Shown here in pieces: positions 8,212 to 18,240 of a DNA stretch of 64,000 nt. The stretch is from Verrucomicrobiota bacterium (lineage in GTDB: Bacteria; Verrucomicrobiota; Verrucomicrobiia; Limisphaerales; VHDF01). The notes beneath the pieces are model-generated. The model saw only the letters and a list, made by a program, of their open reading frames with translations, was not told where the DNA came from and did not search any database. The stretch spans positions 7,174 to 71,173 of the forward strand of contig VHDF01000004.1 of assembly GCA_016871495.1 (NCBI GenBank). The letters run 5' to 3'. The translations under genes were made by a program, and so were the position numbers. Each line of letters opens with the position of its first letter. Within the stretch, counting starts at the first letter, position 1.

Positions 8212-11138
8212 TATCGTACCATGAAGGCGTCAAGGTTTAGGATGGCGTTGGCCACCACCGTCAAAGCTGCGCGCTCGGGAGACCCTCCCAGTTTCCGGGC
8301 CTCCTCCGGTTTGGTTTGAAAATCGCGCAAAGCACCGCCGTAAAGTTCCGTCAAGGCCGCCACCATCGCTTTCGGAGGAGCCGCCAGAGTGAGCTTCCGG
8401 ATCCCGCGTTCAATTTGATCGCGCGGCTTGCCTCCCCCATCGCTCATCGAACCCGCCATGGCCACGGCCATCTCCAGAAATGCAGGGTCATTCATCGTCG
8501 CCAGGGCCTGCAAAGGCGTGTTGCTCGGGGTTCGCCTGGCCGTGCAAGCGTCGCGTGTTGGAGCGTCAAAGGTCAGGAACAAGGGATAACCACTCGTGCG
8601 CCGGTGAAAGGTGTACAAGCTTCGGCGAAACCGGTTCTCATTGGTGGCGATCTGCCACTTTTCCCCGCTGTACACCGTGTTCCATACGCCGTCCGGCTGT
8701 GGGGGAAAAACGGGAGGCCCAAAGGTCTTGGTCGAAAGTAATCCGGTCACCGCCAGGGCCTGATCCCGCACCATCTCCGCCGTCAAGCGCGCCCGTGGCC
8801 CCCGCGCATACCAACGATTCCGCGGATCCTTCTCCCAATGCTTCGAGGATACCCGTCCGGATTGTCCGTAGGTCGCGGACAAAGCAAACTCTCGCAGCAA
8901 GCCCTTAATCGACCAGCGCAAATCATCCCGCAGCCTTAAAGCCAGAAAATCGAGCAACTCGGGATGCGTGGGCCGCGATCCCGAGGTCCCGAAATCGCCG
9001 AGCGTGTCCACCAGGCCCTGGTCGAACATCTCCGCCCAAAGCCGGTTGGCCAGCACTCGCGCTGCCAGCGGATTGTCTTTCCCGACGAGCCACTTCGCGA
9101 GATCCAATCTTGTCAGTTCACTCGCCCCCCGGGGAGGACGCACCAGCTCAGGAATGCCGGGACGCACGGCTTCGTCCAAGGTCATGCGATTGCCACGGAT
9201 GAATACTCTCGTTTCGCGCCGGGCGTCGGCGTCACGCTCGAACACCACGGGCACATTGGCTCCCTTCACTTCTTTGGGCAGGGTGCGCGCGGAATTCCAG
9301 CTTTTCCACCGTTCCTGCCGCGGGGTTGATCCGGCCATTTCGGTCCATCGCCGATCCTGCGAGGTGGCCAGGTCGAACTGCGTCAAGGCGCAGCCTTGCA
9401 CACCCGAGTTCGACGCGATGCCATGTTCAAGGGTCAACTCCAAAGTCGCGCCCGAGGGCGGGGTGAGCGGCTCTGCGAACACCAGCACGCACTCGCGGGC
9501 TCCCTTCATCACGGGGTAACTGCCAAAACCCCCGCCGCCACCCTCGATGATTCTCATGGGTTCAAACGGACCCGCCAAATAATCCGCCACCACTTCCCGA
9601 AACAGCACGGGCTGGTTCGAGGCGCCCGGCACCGAGTAGCTCGCCAGGAGTTTGGAGAAGATCTGGCCTCGCTCCGGAGGACTCTTCGGATCGACGGATG
9701 TCGGAAAGATCCGCACCCGCAGCGCGGTGGCCCCGGCCGGGACTTCGGACTTCAAAGTGTACTTTACCGACACCGGGAGAGTGCCGCCCGCAGTGACCCG
9801 GCCTTGATCCGTCACTTCCAACTTACCCCCGGTGGGCCTTGCTTCCGTGGGTTTCAGAATCCGCCAATCGGAGATTTGCCCCCAAACCTTGCGTCCTTCC
9901 TCGTGGAGCCGTCGCCGCTCGCGCCGAGCCTCCACCTGGGTCCGCAACAACTCGTTCCTTTGACCTTCGTCGTTGGCAAAAAAGAGCCGGGGGAAATCGT
10001 CGTTCTGATCACAATCCTCGGTGCTGTCGAAAAAGGCGGCAAAGCGATAATAGTCGCGGTGCGGAAATGGATCGTAGGGGTGGTGATGACACTGCGCGCA
10101 GGCGAAGGTGGTCGCCTGCCAGGCTGTCCACGTGGTGTTCACCCGGTCGAGAACGGCCACGGTTCGATACTCCTCGTCGTCCGTGCCTCCTTCGGTGTTG
10201 TTCTGGGTGTTCCGGTGGAAAGCCGTGGCCAGCAGGTCATCGGCTGACGGTTCCGGGAGCAAGTCTCCCGCGAGTTGCTTGATGGTAAACTGATCGTAGG
10301 GCATGTCCGCGTTGAACGCGCGAATCACCCAGTCCCGCCAGGGCCAGATTTCACGTGAGGGATCCTTTTCGAATCCAAACGTGTCCGAGTAACGCGCCAG
10401 ATCAAGCCAAACGGACGCCCAGCGTTCGCCGAACGCGGAGGAGGCCAGCAAACGATCCACCGCGTCCTCCTTGGCCTTCTTCTTGTCCCGCTTGGACTCG
10501 CGCACAAACACCGTGTATTCGTCCACCGTGGGTGGCAAACCGGTTAAATCCAGAGAAACGCGGCGCAGCCATTCGGCCGGGGCAGCCTCCGGGGAGGGGC
10601 GAAGCCCCTGGGATTCCATCGCCGCCAAAACAAAGTAATCCGCCCCAGTGCGAGGCCATCCGCCTTGCCGGACTCTCGGCCGGGTTTGCGGCTGGGGAGG
10701 AATGAAGGACCAATGCTCGCTCCAACGCGCACCTGCTTGAATCCATTGCCGAAGCTTGTTGACCTCGGCAACCGAAAGCCTGGGTCCGTGATCCGAAGGC
10801 GGCATGCGGTCGTCCTCATCCGAGGTCGTCACCCGCTGGATCAACTCCGACTCCTCCGGTTTTCCAGGAACAATGGACCATTTCCCCGACTTGCCGCGAG
10901 CCAGCGCCTGGTCACGATAAAGAAAAGACAGTTTGCCCGCCTCTTTGACTCCGCCATGACAGGCGGTGCAGTGCTGAGCGAAAAGCGGGCGAATATCCCG
11001 GTTGAAATCAATCCCAGAAGCCGCTTTCGCGTCAGCCCGGGCGGCCGGCAAGGCCGACGCCACGACCAGGAGCGCGAGCGCCCACCCCACTGCAAAGATG
11101 GAGCCGGGGCTGAGGAAGGGAAAACGGGCGGATATCAT
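8211..11138 (-). CDS. PSCyt1 cytochrome c / DUF1549 / DUF1553 (PSD1) protein
   Basis: 975 aa. Signal peptide, CTACHGG heme-binding motif, long DUF1549/DUF1553-type body. Its stop overlaps the start of the downstream DUF1501 gene by 1 nt (TAATG). Confidence 0.9.
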   Translation of the reverse strand: MISARFPFLSPGSIFAVGWALALLVVASALPAARADAKAASGIDFNRDIRPLFAQHCTACHGGVKEAGKLSFLYRDQALARGKSGKWSIVPGKPEESELIQRVTTSDEDDRMPPSDHGPRLSVAEVNKLRQWIQAGARWSEHWSFIPPQPQTRPRVRQGGWPRTGADYFVLAAMESQGLRPSPEAAPAEWLRRVSLDLTGLPPTVDEYTVFVRESKRDKKKAKEDAVDRLLASSAFGERWASVWLDLARYSDTFGFEKDPSREIWPWRDWVIRAFNADMPYDQFTIKQLAGDLLPEPSADDLLATAFHRNTQNNTEGGTDDEEYRTVAVLDRVNTTWTAWQATTFACAQCHHHPYDPFPHRDYYRFAAFFDSTEDCDQNDDFPRLFFANDEGQRNELLRTQVEARRERRRLHEEGRKVWGQISDWRILKPTEARPTGGKLEVTDQGRVTAGGTLPVSVKYTLKSEVPAGATALRVRIFPTSVDPKSPPERGQIFSKLLASYSVPGASNQPVLFREVVADYLAGPFEPMRIIEGGGGGFGSYPVMKGARECVLVFAEPLTPPSGATLELTLEHGIASNSGVQGCALTQFDLATSQDRRWTEMAGSTPRQERWKSWNSARTLPKEVKGANVPVVFERDADARRETRVFIRGNRMTLDEAVRPGIPELVRPPRGASELTRLDLAKWLVGKDNPLAARVLANRLWAEMFDQGLVDTLGDFGTSGSRPTHPELLDFLALRLRDDLRWSIKGLLREFALSATYGQSGRVSSKHWEKDPRNRWYARGPRARLTAEMVRDQALAVTGLLSTKTFGPPVFPPQPDGVWNTVYSGEKWQIATNENRFRRSLYTFHRRTSGYPLFLTFDAPTRDACTARRTPSNTPLQALATMNDPAFLEMAVAMAGSMSDGGGKPRDQIERGIRKLTLAAPPKAMVAALTELYGGALRDFQTKPEEARKLGGSPERAALTVVANAILNLDAFMVR

Positions 11139-11287
11139 GGCTTGATCTGAACCAGTCTAAAGCCGGAGGGCGGGCCAGGCAATTCGGCGGTTGAAGAAAG
11201 TTTGCCGATTCTTGGCCTTTACCCCGTCGGACTCGAGCGGACCCGAAGGCTGCCTCATCGATGCTTCCAAATGGAAGCATCGGAAAG

Positions 11288-14200
11288 TCATTCGAGTTCG
11301 CTCGCGGCCCAAGGTCGCTCCCTTCCCATGTGCGCTTCTCTTATGGCGCGAACCTGCTCCGCCTTGACGGGACTCGCTCCCTCCCCAAAACGGGATCTCA
11401 CAAAGGACAATACTTCGGCAATCTGGGCGTCTGTCATTCCCGCCATTCCGGGCATGGGCACCGAATTCGGTCCTCCATAGCTCTGCCCAGCGACGGTCAA
11501 CGGACCCGTCAGGCCATGCAAGACCACTTTGATCAGCCGCGCGGCATCACCCTTGACCCATTCACTGCCGGCGAGCGGCGGATAAACCCCGGGCAGCCCT
11601 TTTCCCTCGGGCTGGTGACAGGGCAGACACGCCATGTCATAAAGCTGCCCGCCTTCAGACGGCGGGACGTAAGGCTTGGATATCAAGGCTCGAAGGGCCT
11701 CCTCCCCGGTCTTCGAAAGCGACAGTCCGCCTTGAGCCAGAAGAGGCGCCCAGCGAGGCTGCAAGGTTCGCGCACTCAAGCGCAGAGCGTAATCCAGAAA
11801 AGGATCGCGGCCTCCTTCCCAGGCTGCTGCCACCACCTCCACGGCATCGGGACCCGGCAGGTAAGTGGACGCCACGGCGGCTTCCAGTCGAACCCTCGGA
11901 TGCTCGTCTCGGGCCGCGGACAAGAGGGAGGTTCGTGCTTCCGCCAGAGCTTCCCCCCATCCCCCCGCCACGCGAGCGCCGTAGGCCCGCACTCTCGCGT
12001 CTCGGGCTCGCATCAATTTCTGCAGCACCTTCGCCCGCGGAGCTTCGTGAGCTTCAAGCACCCCCGTCACTTCCAGGAGCAACCGCTCGCTCGCGGGATT
12101 CAAATCAGAAAGTCGATCCACCCAGGCGTCGACCTCGCGCAGAACTTCCGCCGCCGGGCGGTAAAAGAGCAACCGCTTCGCTTGATAACGCGTCCAACGT
12201 TCGGATGAATCCAGTTGCTTCAATAAGGCCGCAGCGGGCATGGAGGCGAGATCCGGCTGCTTCACCCCGGCCCTTCCTTTCGCCGTCACTCGCCAAATTC
12301 GCCCGCGTGTCTTGTCGCGGCGAGGATCCGCATAACTGGCCTGATAATGACCAATCGTGGGATTATACCAATCCGCCACATAAATAGCGCCATCGGGACC
12401 CACGCTCACATCCACCGGACGAAAGTCGGGGGTGGACGACCGGACGAGTTTGGGCAACTGCGCGGACTTGAACCCCGCACCCGCGTCGCTCAACCGGTGC
12501 AACTCCACCACCGCGCCGAAATATCCCCCGATCACTGCGCACCCTTGAATGTCGTCCGGCAATGCCCGGGTGCCAATCCAATCCAACGAAGTCGTCTTGG
12601 GCGAGGTGTCAAACAGCGGCCCCACGGAGTGATACTGCTCGGGCGATTTCGCGTAGGAAACATCCGCCGACAACGTGGAGCCACTCCCGATCGGGCTCCC
12701 GCCCCGGACCATGCCCGGCACGGTCCAGTAACCGTGGGGACGGTCCCCCGATTTGTGGAAAACCTGGCCGAAATCATCGAAGGCCACTCCCCAGCAGTTA
12801 GCCCCCGCCATGCCGCCTCCAAAAAATCCGTCCAGACGCAACGTCCGCGGACGCCAGCGCCAAACCGCCGAGCGGTCGAGCCGGGCGATGCCCCATGGCG
12901 TTTCCACGCGCGAAAAAGCATGCAAACCTTGCGTGAACCAAAGGCTCCCATCAGGACCGTGGGAGATCGAATTCACCAACTGATGCGTGTCCCCAATGCC
13001 GAATCCGCTCATCACGACCCGCCGAACGTCTGCTTTGCCATCGCCGTTGGTGTCGCGGTAATGCGCAATCTGATCGAAATCGCATACAAACACACCTCCA
13101 TCCCCCGGTTCCACTCCCTGAACCATGGTCAATCCTTCGGCAAAGCGCCACGACTTGTCCGCACGTCCGTCGCCATCCGAATCCTCCAAAACCAAAATAT
13201 AATCGGCCGGCGTGGCACTGGCCTGGGACTGCGGATAGGTCGGGGAACAGGCGACATACAACCTTCCTCGCTCATCCCACGAGCATTGCGTCGGCTTCAC
13301 AACCCCCTCGCGCTCGGAGGCGAATAAGTTGATCTGATATCCGTCCGCCAATTCGAACTTGGCCAGTTGCTCTTCAGGGGTAAGCCCCTTGGAAGGTTCG
13401 GGCGAAGCGGCCCGCGGCGGGGTCAAACGCCCCTCCACCGCCTCGCCTCGCGCCAGGGCATGAATGCGGGCGTCGGCTGTGGCCAGCAGCGGGCGGTGAC
13501 GTTCGAGGGCTTCCTTCAAAGAGGGTTCGCCACCGCCCGCCTTCGCGAACGATGTCGCCACCCGGTCGCCGTACACAAACGACCAATTGGCGGGCCGCCA
13601 ACTGTCGAACCACAGCCGGTTCTTCTCCAGAATGGCCTCCCGCAGCGGACTCAGGAGGGCGGCCGCTTGAGGCCTGATTCCAAGCTGGCTCGCCATCACG
13701 CGCGCCACTTCTTCCAGGCCCGCTTCGTGGGCATGAAGACCATCCTCGGTGAGCCGGACCGAACCGAGGGGCCGCTCCAGAATCGGCCGGAATAGATCGA
13801 CGAAAAGGGCGCCTCGCCGACGGGCCAGGTCTCGAATGGCGCTTGTGTAAGCCGCCACATCACCATTGCGCAACGTCAGGTCGGGCGCGTGCGAGGCCAG
13901 GGGTTTCTCGAAGGGCATCGGTGAGACCAGGACGACCTTCCGGGTGCGGCCCGCGAATTGATCCAGCAATCGATGGTAAGCCGCCACAAATTCAGGCAGC
14001 CGCCCGACTCCGTCCAGTGCTTCCATTTGGCCAAACTGCGCGAGGATGACCGTCGCCCCGGCGGCTTCCAACTGGCGCAGCCACGATCCAAAATTCAGAT
14101 CGCGCCATTGTTCGTAGACGGTATCCGCCTCCCAGGCCATCGATCGAACTCGCGGCGCTTGCGAAGCGAATCCGGAAGCGAGAAGGGTTTCCAGCGCCCC

Positions 14201-14977
14201 TGACTTCTGCTCGCGCACGAAATTCTCCTGCCCCACCAACACCACGACTTCATTCGTGCCCAGTTCGAAGATCCCGCCGGGAAATTCGGGCGTGGGCAGT
14301 GCGGGTTGACCGTGTCCGATCCGCCCGAGGATCTCCGCTTCGGGTGGAATGATGGAATCGGGAAGGACTTCGAGGGTGATGTTGCGGAAGGAAATCTCAG
14401 CCTTGCAATCGCCGTGAATTTGAAGGGCGATCACCCCCTCGGTTTCGATCGCCGGGTCCCTTTCCACCCACGTCGCCGTCCGCTGCCCGTTCAGCACAAG
14501 GGTCGCCTGCGGGCCCGTGGCGATGATTTCGTAACGGTTCCATTCCCCGGGCCGTTCGAGGCTCGCCACCAAGTTGGTGTCGGCCATGACCAGCATGCGA
14601 TTGCGGCGTGATTCGTCATAAACGCAGCCGCTGAATCCAGCCCCGATATCCGCCTGAAATCCGGACATTTCGTTGGGCGGTTGCGCGATGCGTTTGCTGC
14701 GGAATTGAACCCCGCCGTTGATGAACCCCTCCGTGCCGACCAGTCGATACTCCAGGCGCAGATGAAAATTCTTGTAGCGCTGAGTGGTGGCCAGGAATTC
14801 GTTGCGCGGATTGCCGGCCATGGATCCGCCCACGATGACGCCCTCTCGGACCCGCCAGACCGCGTTCGTCTCCCCTTCCCAACCCGCCAGACTGCGGCCA
14901 TCGAACAACGGAACCGGTGCCGCATGCAGGCGCAGCGCGAGCGCAAAGAGACCAAGGAGCCAGAGGGCGAATTTCAT
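11288..14977 (-). CDS. multidomain secreted protein: DUF1080 + SGNH/GDSL-like hydrolase + PVC-type dehydrogenase beta-propeller + HEAT repeats + C-terminal cytochrome c
   Basis: 1229 aa. Signal peptide MKFALWLLGLFALALRLHA; FDGRSLAGWEG...WRVREGVIVGG (DUF1080); C-terminal CLPCHQPEGKG heme motif. Domain order inferred from motif recall. Confidence 0.85.
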   Translation of the reverse strand: MKFALWLLGLFALALRLHAAPVPLFDGRSLAGWEGETNAVWRVREGVIVGGSMAGNPRNEFLATTQRYKNFHLRLEYRLVGTEGFINGGVQFRSKRIAQPPNEMSGFQADIGAGFSGCVYDESRRNRMLVMADTNLVASLERPGEWNRYEIIATGPQATLVLNGQRTATWVERDPAIETEGVIALQIHGDCKAEISFRNITLEVLPDSIIPPEAEILGRIGHGQPALPTPEFPGGIFELGTNEVVVLVGQENFVREQKSGALETLLASGFASQAPRVRSMAWEADTVYEQWRDLNFGSWLRQLEAAGATVILAQFGQMEALDGVGRLPEFVAAYHRLLDQFAGRTRKVVLVSPMPFEKPLASHAPDLTLRNGDVAAYTSAIRDLARRRGALFVDLFRPILERPLGSVRLTEDGLHAHEAGLEEVARVMASQLGIRPQAAALLSPLREAILEKNRLWFDSWRPANWSFVYGDRVATSFAKAGGGEPSLKEALERHRPLLATADARIHALARGEAVEGRLTPPRAASPEPSKGLTPEEQLAKFELADGYQINLFASEREGVVKPTQCSWDERGRLYVACSPTYPQSQASATPADYILVLEDSDGDGRADKSWRFAEGLTMVQGVEPGDGGVFVCDFDQIAHYRDTNGDGKADVRRVVMSGFGIGDTHQLVNSISHGPDGSLWFTQGLHAFSRVETPWGIARLDRSAVWRWRPRTLRLDGFFGGGMAGANCWGVAFDDFGQVFHKSGDRPHGYWTVPGMVRGGSPIGSGSTLSADVSYAKSPEQYHSVGPLFDTSPKTTSLDWIGTRALPDDIQGCAVIGGYFGAVVELHRLSDAGAGFKSAQLPKLVRSSTPDFRPVDVSVGPDGAIYVADWYNPTIGHYQASYADPRRDKTRGRIWRVTAKGRAGVKQPDLASMPAAALLKQLDSSERWTRYQAKRLLFYRPAAEVLREVDAWVDRLSDLNPASERLLLEVTGVLEAHEAPRAKVLQKLMRARDARVRAYGARVAGGWGEALAEARTSLLSAARDEHPRVRLEAAVASTYLPGPDAVEVVAAAWEGGRDPFLDYALRLSARTLQPRWAPLLAQGGLSLSKTGEEALRALISKPYVPPSEGGQLYDMACLPCHQPEGKGLPGVYPPLAGSEWVKGDAARLIKVVLHGLTGPLTVAGQSYGGPNSVPMPGMAGMTDAQIAEVLSFVRSRFGEGASPVKAEQVRAIREAHMGRERPWAASELE

Positions 14978-15037
14978 GGATGCCCCCGAGCCTAGCGAGT
15001 TCGCGCCCGGCTCGCCAACCCGGAATTCAGAATCACA

Positions 15038-15844
15038 TTACCACGCGCCGCGGTGGCCGCCATCCCCGGTGTAGGTCCAATACTTCTCGTACATGCGTTG
15101 AATCGGCTTCCAAAGAACCGAGCCGTCCACATAAGCCACATGCCCGCCCACGGACCCTGCCTGGCGTGCGGTGGTGGGTTGTTGAATCGGGTAATGATAG
15201 ATATGCCCTTTCCTCTTGATGGCTCCAGCCCTTCCATGCGGCGCAATCACCCAATTGTAACCACCCACTCCATTCGCCGCCCAGCTGTTCAGATCTGAGA
15301 AAAGCACCAGCTTCTGCGTTTCGGCCAGGGCGTTGGTATTGACGAGATTCGGCAAGTCTCCCAGCTTGATCACCGACTGCCACCCCGCCGTCGGAGGCAT
15401 GCTGCGCCCTCCGTGATAATGGTAACCAATGTAAAAACCAGTGCCCGTCTGAAAGCGGCTGTTCGGCCGGTCGGTGATCCCCGGCAAAGACAAGGGATAG
15501 ACATTCGGACAGTCGAATACTTTGTCGCCAAAACTATTGCTGATCGATTGATACATCACGGTGGAAATACTCATGAGGAAGGAATCCCCGCCATTGCGAA
15601 TGCCGTCAAACACCCTGTCGTTGTTGTCCAGCGCATAGACATGCGTGGCGATGCCGAGCTGGCGCAGGTTTCCAATGCAATTCGCGCGTTTGCCTCTCTC
15701 CCGGGCCGAACTGAGCGCGGGCAGAAGGAGTCCCGCCAGGATGGCGATGATGGCGATCACCACCAGAAGCTCGATCAGGGTGAATCCGGTCCGTGCCTCA
15801 CGAGTGGAAGGGCAGCGCGAGCCCAAGAAATTCGGGGGAACCAT
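15038..15844 (-). CDS. prepilin-type N-terminal cleavage/methylation domain protein (H-X9-DG / DUF1559-like)
   Basis: [38 protein letters not shown] prefer the internal ATG at 15844 (MVPPNFLG...) over the track start at 15925, because pseudopilin leaders are short. Confidence 0.85.
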   Translation of the reverse strand: MVPPNFLGSRCPSTREARTGFTLIELLVVIAIIAILAGLLLPALSSARERGKRANCIGNLRQLGIATHVYALDNNDRVFDGIRNGGDSFLMSISTVMYQSISNSFGDKVFDCPNVYPLSLPGITDRPNSRFQTGTGFYIGYHYHGGRSMPPTAGWQSVIKLGDLPNLVNTNALAETQKLVLFSDLNSWAANGVGGYNWVIAPHGRAGAIKRKGHIYHYPIQQPTTARQAGSVGGHVAYVDGSVLWKPIQRMYEKYWTYTGDGGHRGAW

Positions 15845-16010
15845 GCACTCACTTTTCTCCAACCACCCCGCGCTGGCAAGCATCACTTTTCCAGCGGAAA
15901 GGGACGCACAAACCCCGCCCATCATTCCCAGCGAAGCCCTCGAGCCCGCCCATGAAATGCCTGTTCCACGACCCGGAATCGCCGGCCCGGTTGAGCGTGA
16001 AACCTGCGGA

Positions 16011-16976
16011 TTAGCGCCGTGCCGGACGAGCCCACTCCGCCGCCAACCGATCCAGCAGGGCCACTGGCGCGGGGCCGTCGTGGATGACCACGCGATAGCG
16101 CAGCACCAGGGGACGGGTCGGATCCAGCGCGACCTCCGCGGGCGCGGTAATGCACGGATTGATCATGCGCGTGACCCGATGGTTGTGCCACCAGGTGGGC
16201 GGATTGGACGGGTGCTGCACCACCGCCACTCCGCCCCGCTTGCCATCCGGAAAATCGATGGTGAAACCGTACCACGGCGCGTCCGGCCAATCGGATTCAG
16301 GCTTGGTATGGACCGGATCCGGCAACGCGACTTTGCCTGCGGGATTGAACGCTTCGATGCGGCCCTCCTTGCGCAACCGGACGCAAAAGCCTCCGAAGGC
16401 CCATCTCCCCAACTGGGTGGGCGCGGTCGGCGTGAGCTTGTAAGTCAACTCAAGGACGTTGGCGTCGGGGGCCGAGCGCAGTTTGGCTTCCAGCGTTTCG
16501 TTGATCAGGACCTCCTGGTCGGCAACCCACTCGTTGTCCGCTTGAAAATCAGCCGAAACCCCGAACGCCCTGACGCCCCGCAACCCACGATGGCGGATCA
16601 CGCGGCCCACCTTGGGCGCCGGTTCTCCCCAGCCCCAAAAGTCTCCTTTCTTCGTTCCCCGAACCTCAACCCAGCCGAGAAAAAGTCCGCGATGATGTTT
16701 GTGATCGGCGGGGGCAAGATCGGTCATCACCAGCCCTGATGGCGTCGTCAGAGGGTGAAAGAAGGCGCCACTTTCAACCGAAAGCCCGGTTCCCGCGGGG
16801 GCGACCGTCTGATATCGTGCCACAACGTGGCCGTCGCGATTTCGGATGGCCACACCTTCCTTCGAGGGTTCGATTCCAAATTTGCCGGACGGAAACGCCG
16901 GCAAACCTCCCGCCAGAAAGGGAAGCGCCGCCAGGAGCCAAACCAAGGTAGGTGCGGTAATGACCATGCCCCCCAA
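16011..16976 (-). CDS. PmoA-like family protein (DUF6807-type)
   Basis: 321 aa. Signal-like N-terminus; [34 protein letters not shown] matches the YFHPL...DHxHHRG block recalled for this family. Confidence 0.7.
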   Translation of the reverse strand: MGGMVITAPTLVWLLAALPFLAGGLPAFPSGKFGIEPSKEGVAIRNRDGHVVARYQTVAPAGTGLSVESGAFFHPLTTPSGLVMTDLAPADHKHHRGLFLGWVEVRGTKKGDFWGWGEPAPKVGRVIRHRGLRGVRAFGVSADFQADNEWVADQEVLINETLEAKLRSAPDANVLELTYKLTPTAPTQLGRWAFGGFCVRLRKEGRIEAFNPAGKVALPDPVHTKPESDWPDAPWYGFTIDFPDGKRGGVAVVQHPSNPPTWWHNHRVTRMINPCITAPAEVALDPTRPLVLRYRVVIHDGPAPVALLDRLAAEWARPARR

Positions 16977-17009
16977 ACAACCCTTCTCTCCCCTCGCCTG
17001 TCAAGCGAG

Positions 17010-18071
17010 TCAGCCCAAATGTCGCGAAAAGTAGCCCTCGTAGAGACGGTTGCGCAGCCTCATTTCGCCCCCACGACCCGGCACCATCACCCCGCCGGAT
17101 TGCAAGCAATGGAGCTGATGCTCGTCGGGCTGAGCGCCACCGTCCAACACCCGTCGCAACGCTTCGAGCAAGGGTCGATTCTTCGAAAGCAACAAAACGA
17201 TGCGCTTGAGGTGGTCGGAGAAAATTCCATCCGACCGGCCGGCCGCCTCGCCAAACTTCGCCCAGAGGGACGGATTCAGCACCAGCTCATGCAGACTTCG
17301 CCGCACGAGGTAGGGCTGGCCTCCGACCCAGTCGTAAAAAGCGTCGAGATCCACCTCGGATTTCAGAGGCGAACCGTAGCGATCATTGAGATCTGCGACT
17401 TGAGCCCGGGTCAAATCCTGGATGTCCAGCTTCTTCCCCACGTTGAACGGGGAGAGGTTCAGATCCGTAATGAACAAATGCCCTTCGGTGGCATAAGAGA
17501 CGATCCATTGCAGCTTCGACCAGGGTCCCTGAACATCCAGCGCCCTTTCGTTGTACCAGGCGCGCATCAGGCTGAATACTTCGCTCGCCAAACTGCTCAC
17601 GATCAGCCGGTCGGCTTCGTCCATCGCCCACACGAGCGGCTGTTGCCGGTCTCCAAGCACTGCCTCCTTCACAAACCGCTCAAAGTTTCGATTGGGACTG
17701 AGCCGGTCGTCCCAATGGTCCGTGAGATCCTCATCCAAATCGAGCTGCGCCGCCAATGAGGTGGCCAGAGCACGGTAGAAGGAAGGCAGATCCTTCAAGT
17801 CAGCGGTGTTGAGTTTTTGAAAGTCTGTCAGCACCACCCCTTTGCCGGTTTGCCGCGCATACTCCAACCCCCGGGCCAGCAAGGAGGTCTTGCCAATCTG
17901 GCGGGCTCCTTTGATCAGAATCACCCCTTCTCCCTTCGAGATTTCATCCTTCAATTCCTGATCTACCGCTCGCTCCACGTAAAAGGGCGATTGCAAACTG
18001 ACCGCACCACCGACAGCCTCAAGCGGGAAAAGCGGGGGCCGGACACCGGCGGGGAATGAGGGGTGGATCAT
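17010..18071 (-). CDS. stand-alone AAA-like (STAND-type) ATPase
   Basis: Walker A GARQIGKTS, Walker B LVWAMDEAD, long helical C-terminus. Start taken at ATG 18071 (MIHPSFPAG...), because the track start at 18260 would overlap carB. Confidence 0.8.
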   Translation of the reverse strand: MIHPSFPAGVRPPLFPLEAVGGAVSLQSPFYVERAVDQELKDEISKGEGVILIKGARQIGKTSLLARGLEYARQTGKGVVLTDFQKLNTADLKDLPSFYRALATSLAAQLDLDEDLTDHWDDRLSPNRNFERFVKEAVLGDRQQPLVWAMDEADRLIVSSLASEVFSLMRAWYNERALDVQGPWSKLQWIVSYATEGHLFITDLNLSPFNVGKKLDIQDLTRAQVADLNDRYGSPLKSEVDLDAFYDWVGGQPYLVRRSLHELVLNPSLWAKFGEAAGRSDGIFSDHLKRIVLLLSKNRPLLEALRRVLDGGAQPDEHQLHCLQSGGVMVPGRGGEMRLRNRLYEGYFSRHLG

Positions 18072-18240
18072 GACAAAATCTAATGAAGTTAAGCATCGAT
18101 TCCCACTGGAAGCAACGTTGGATTTCGTGGGGATCAGGGCGGAATCCGCACAAAACGAATGACAAACCAGGGCTGATCGCGTTGACTTTGCGCCGCTCGA
18201 ACGCGGCGCGGCTGGGCCGCCCACGCGGACGGCACTCGAC

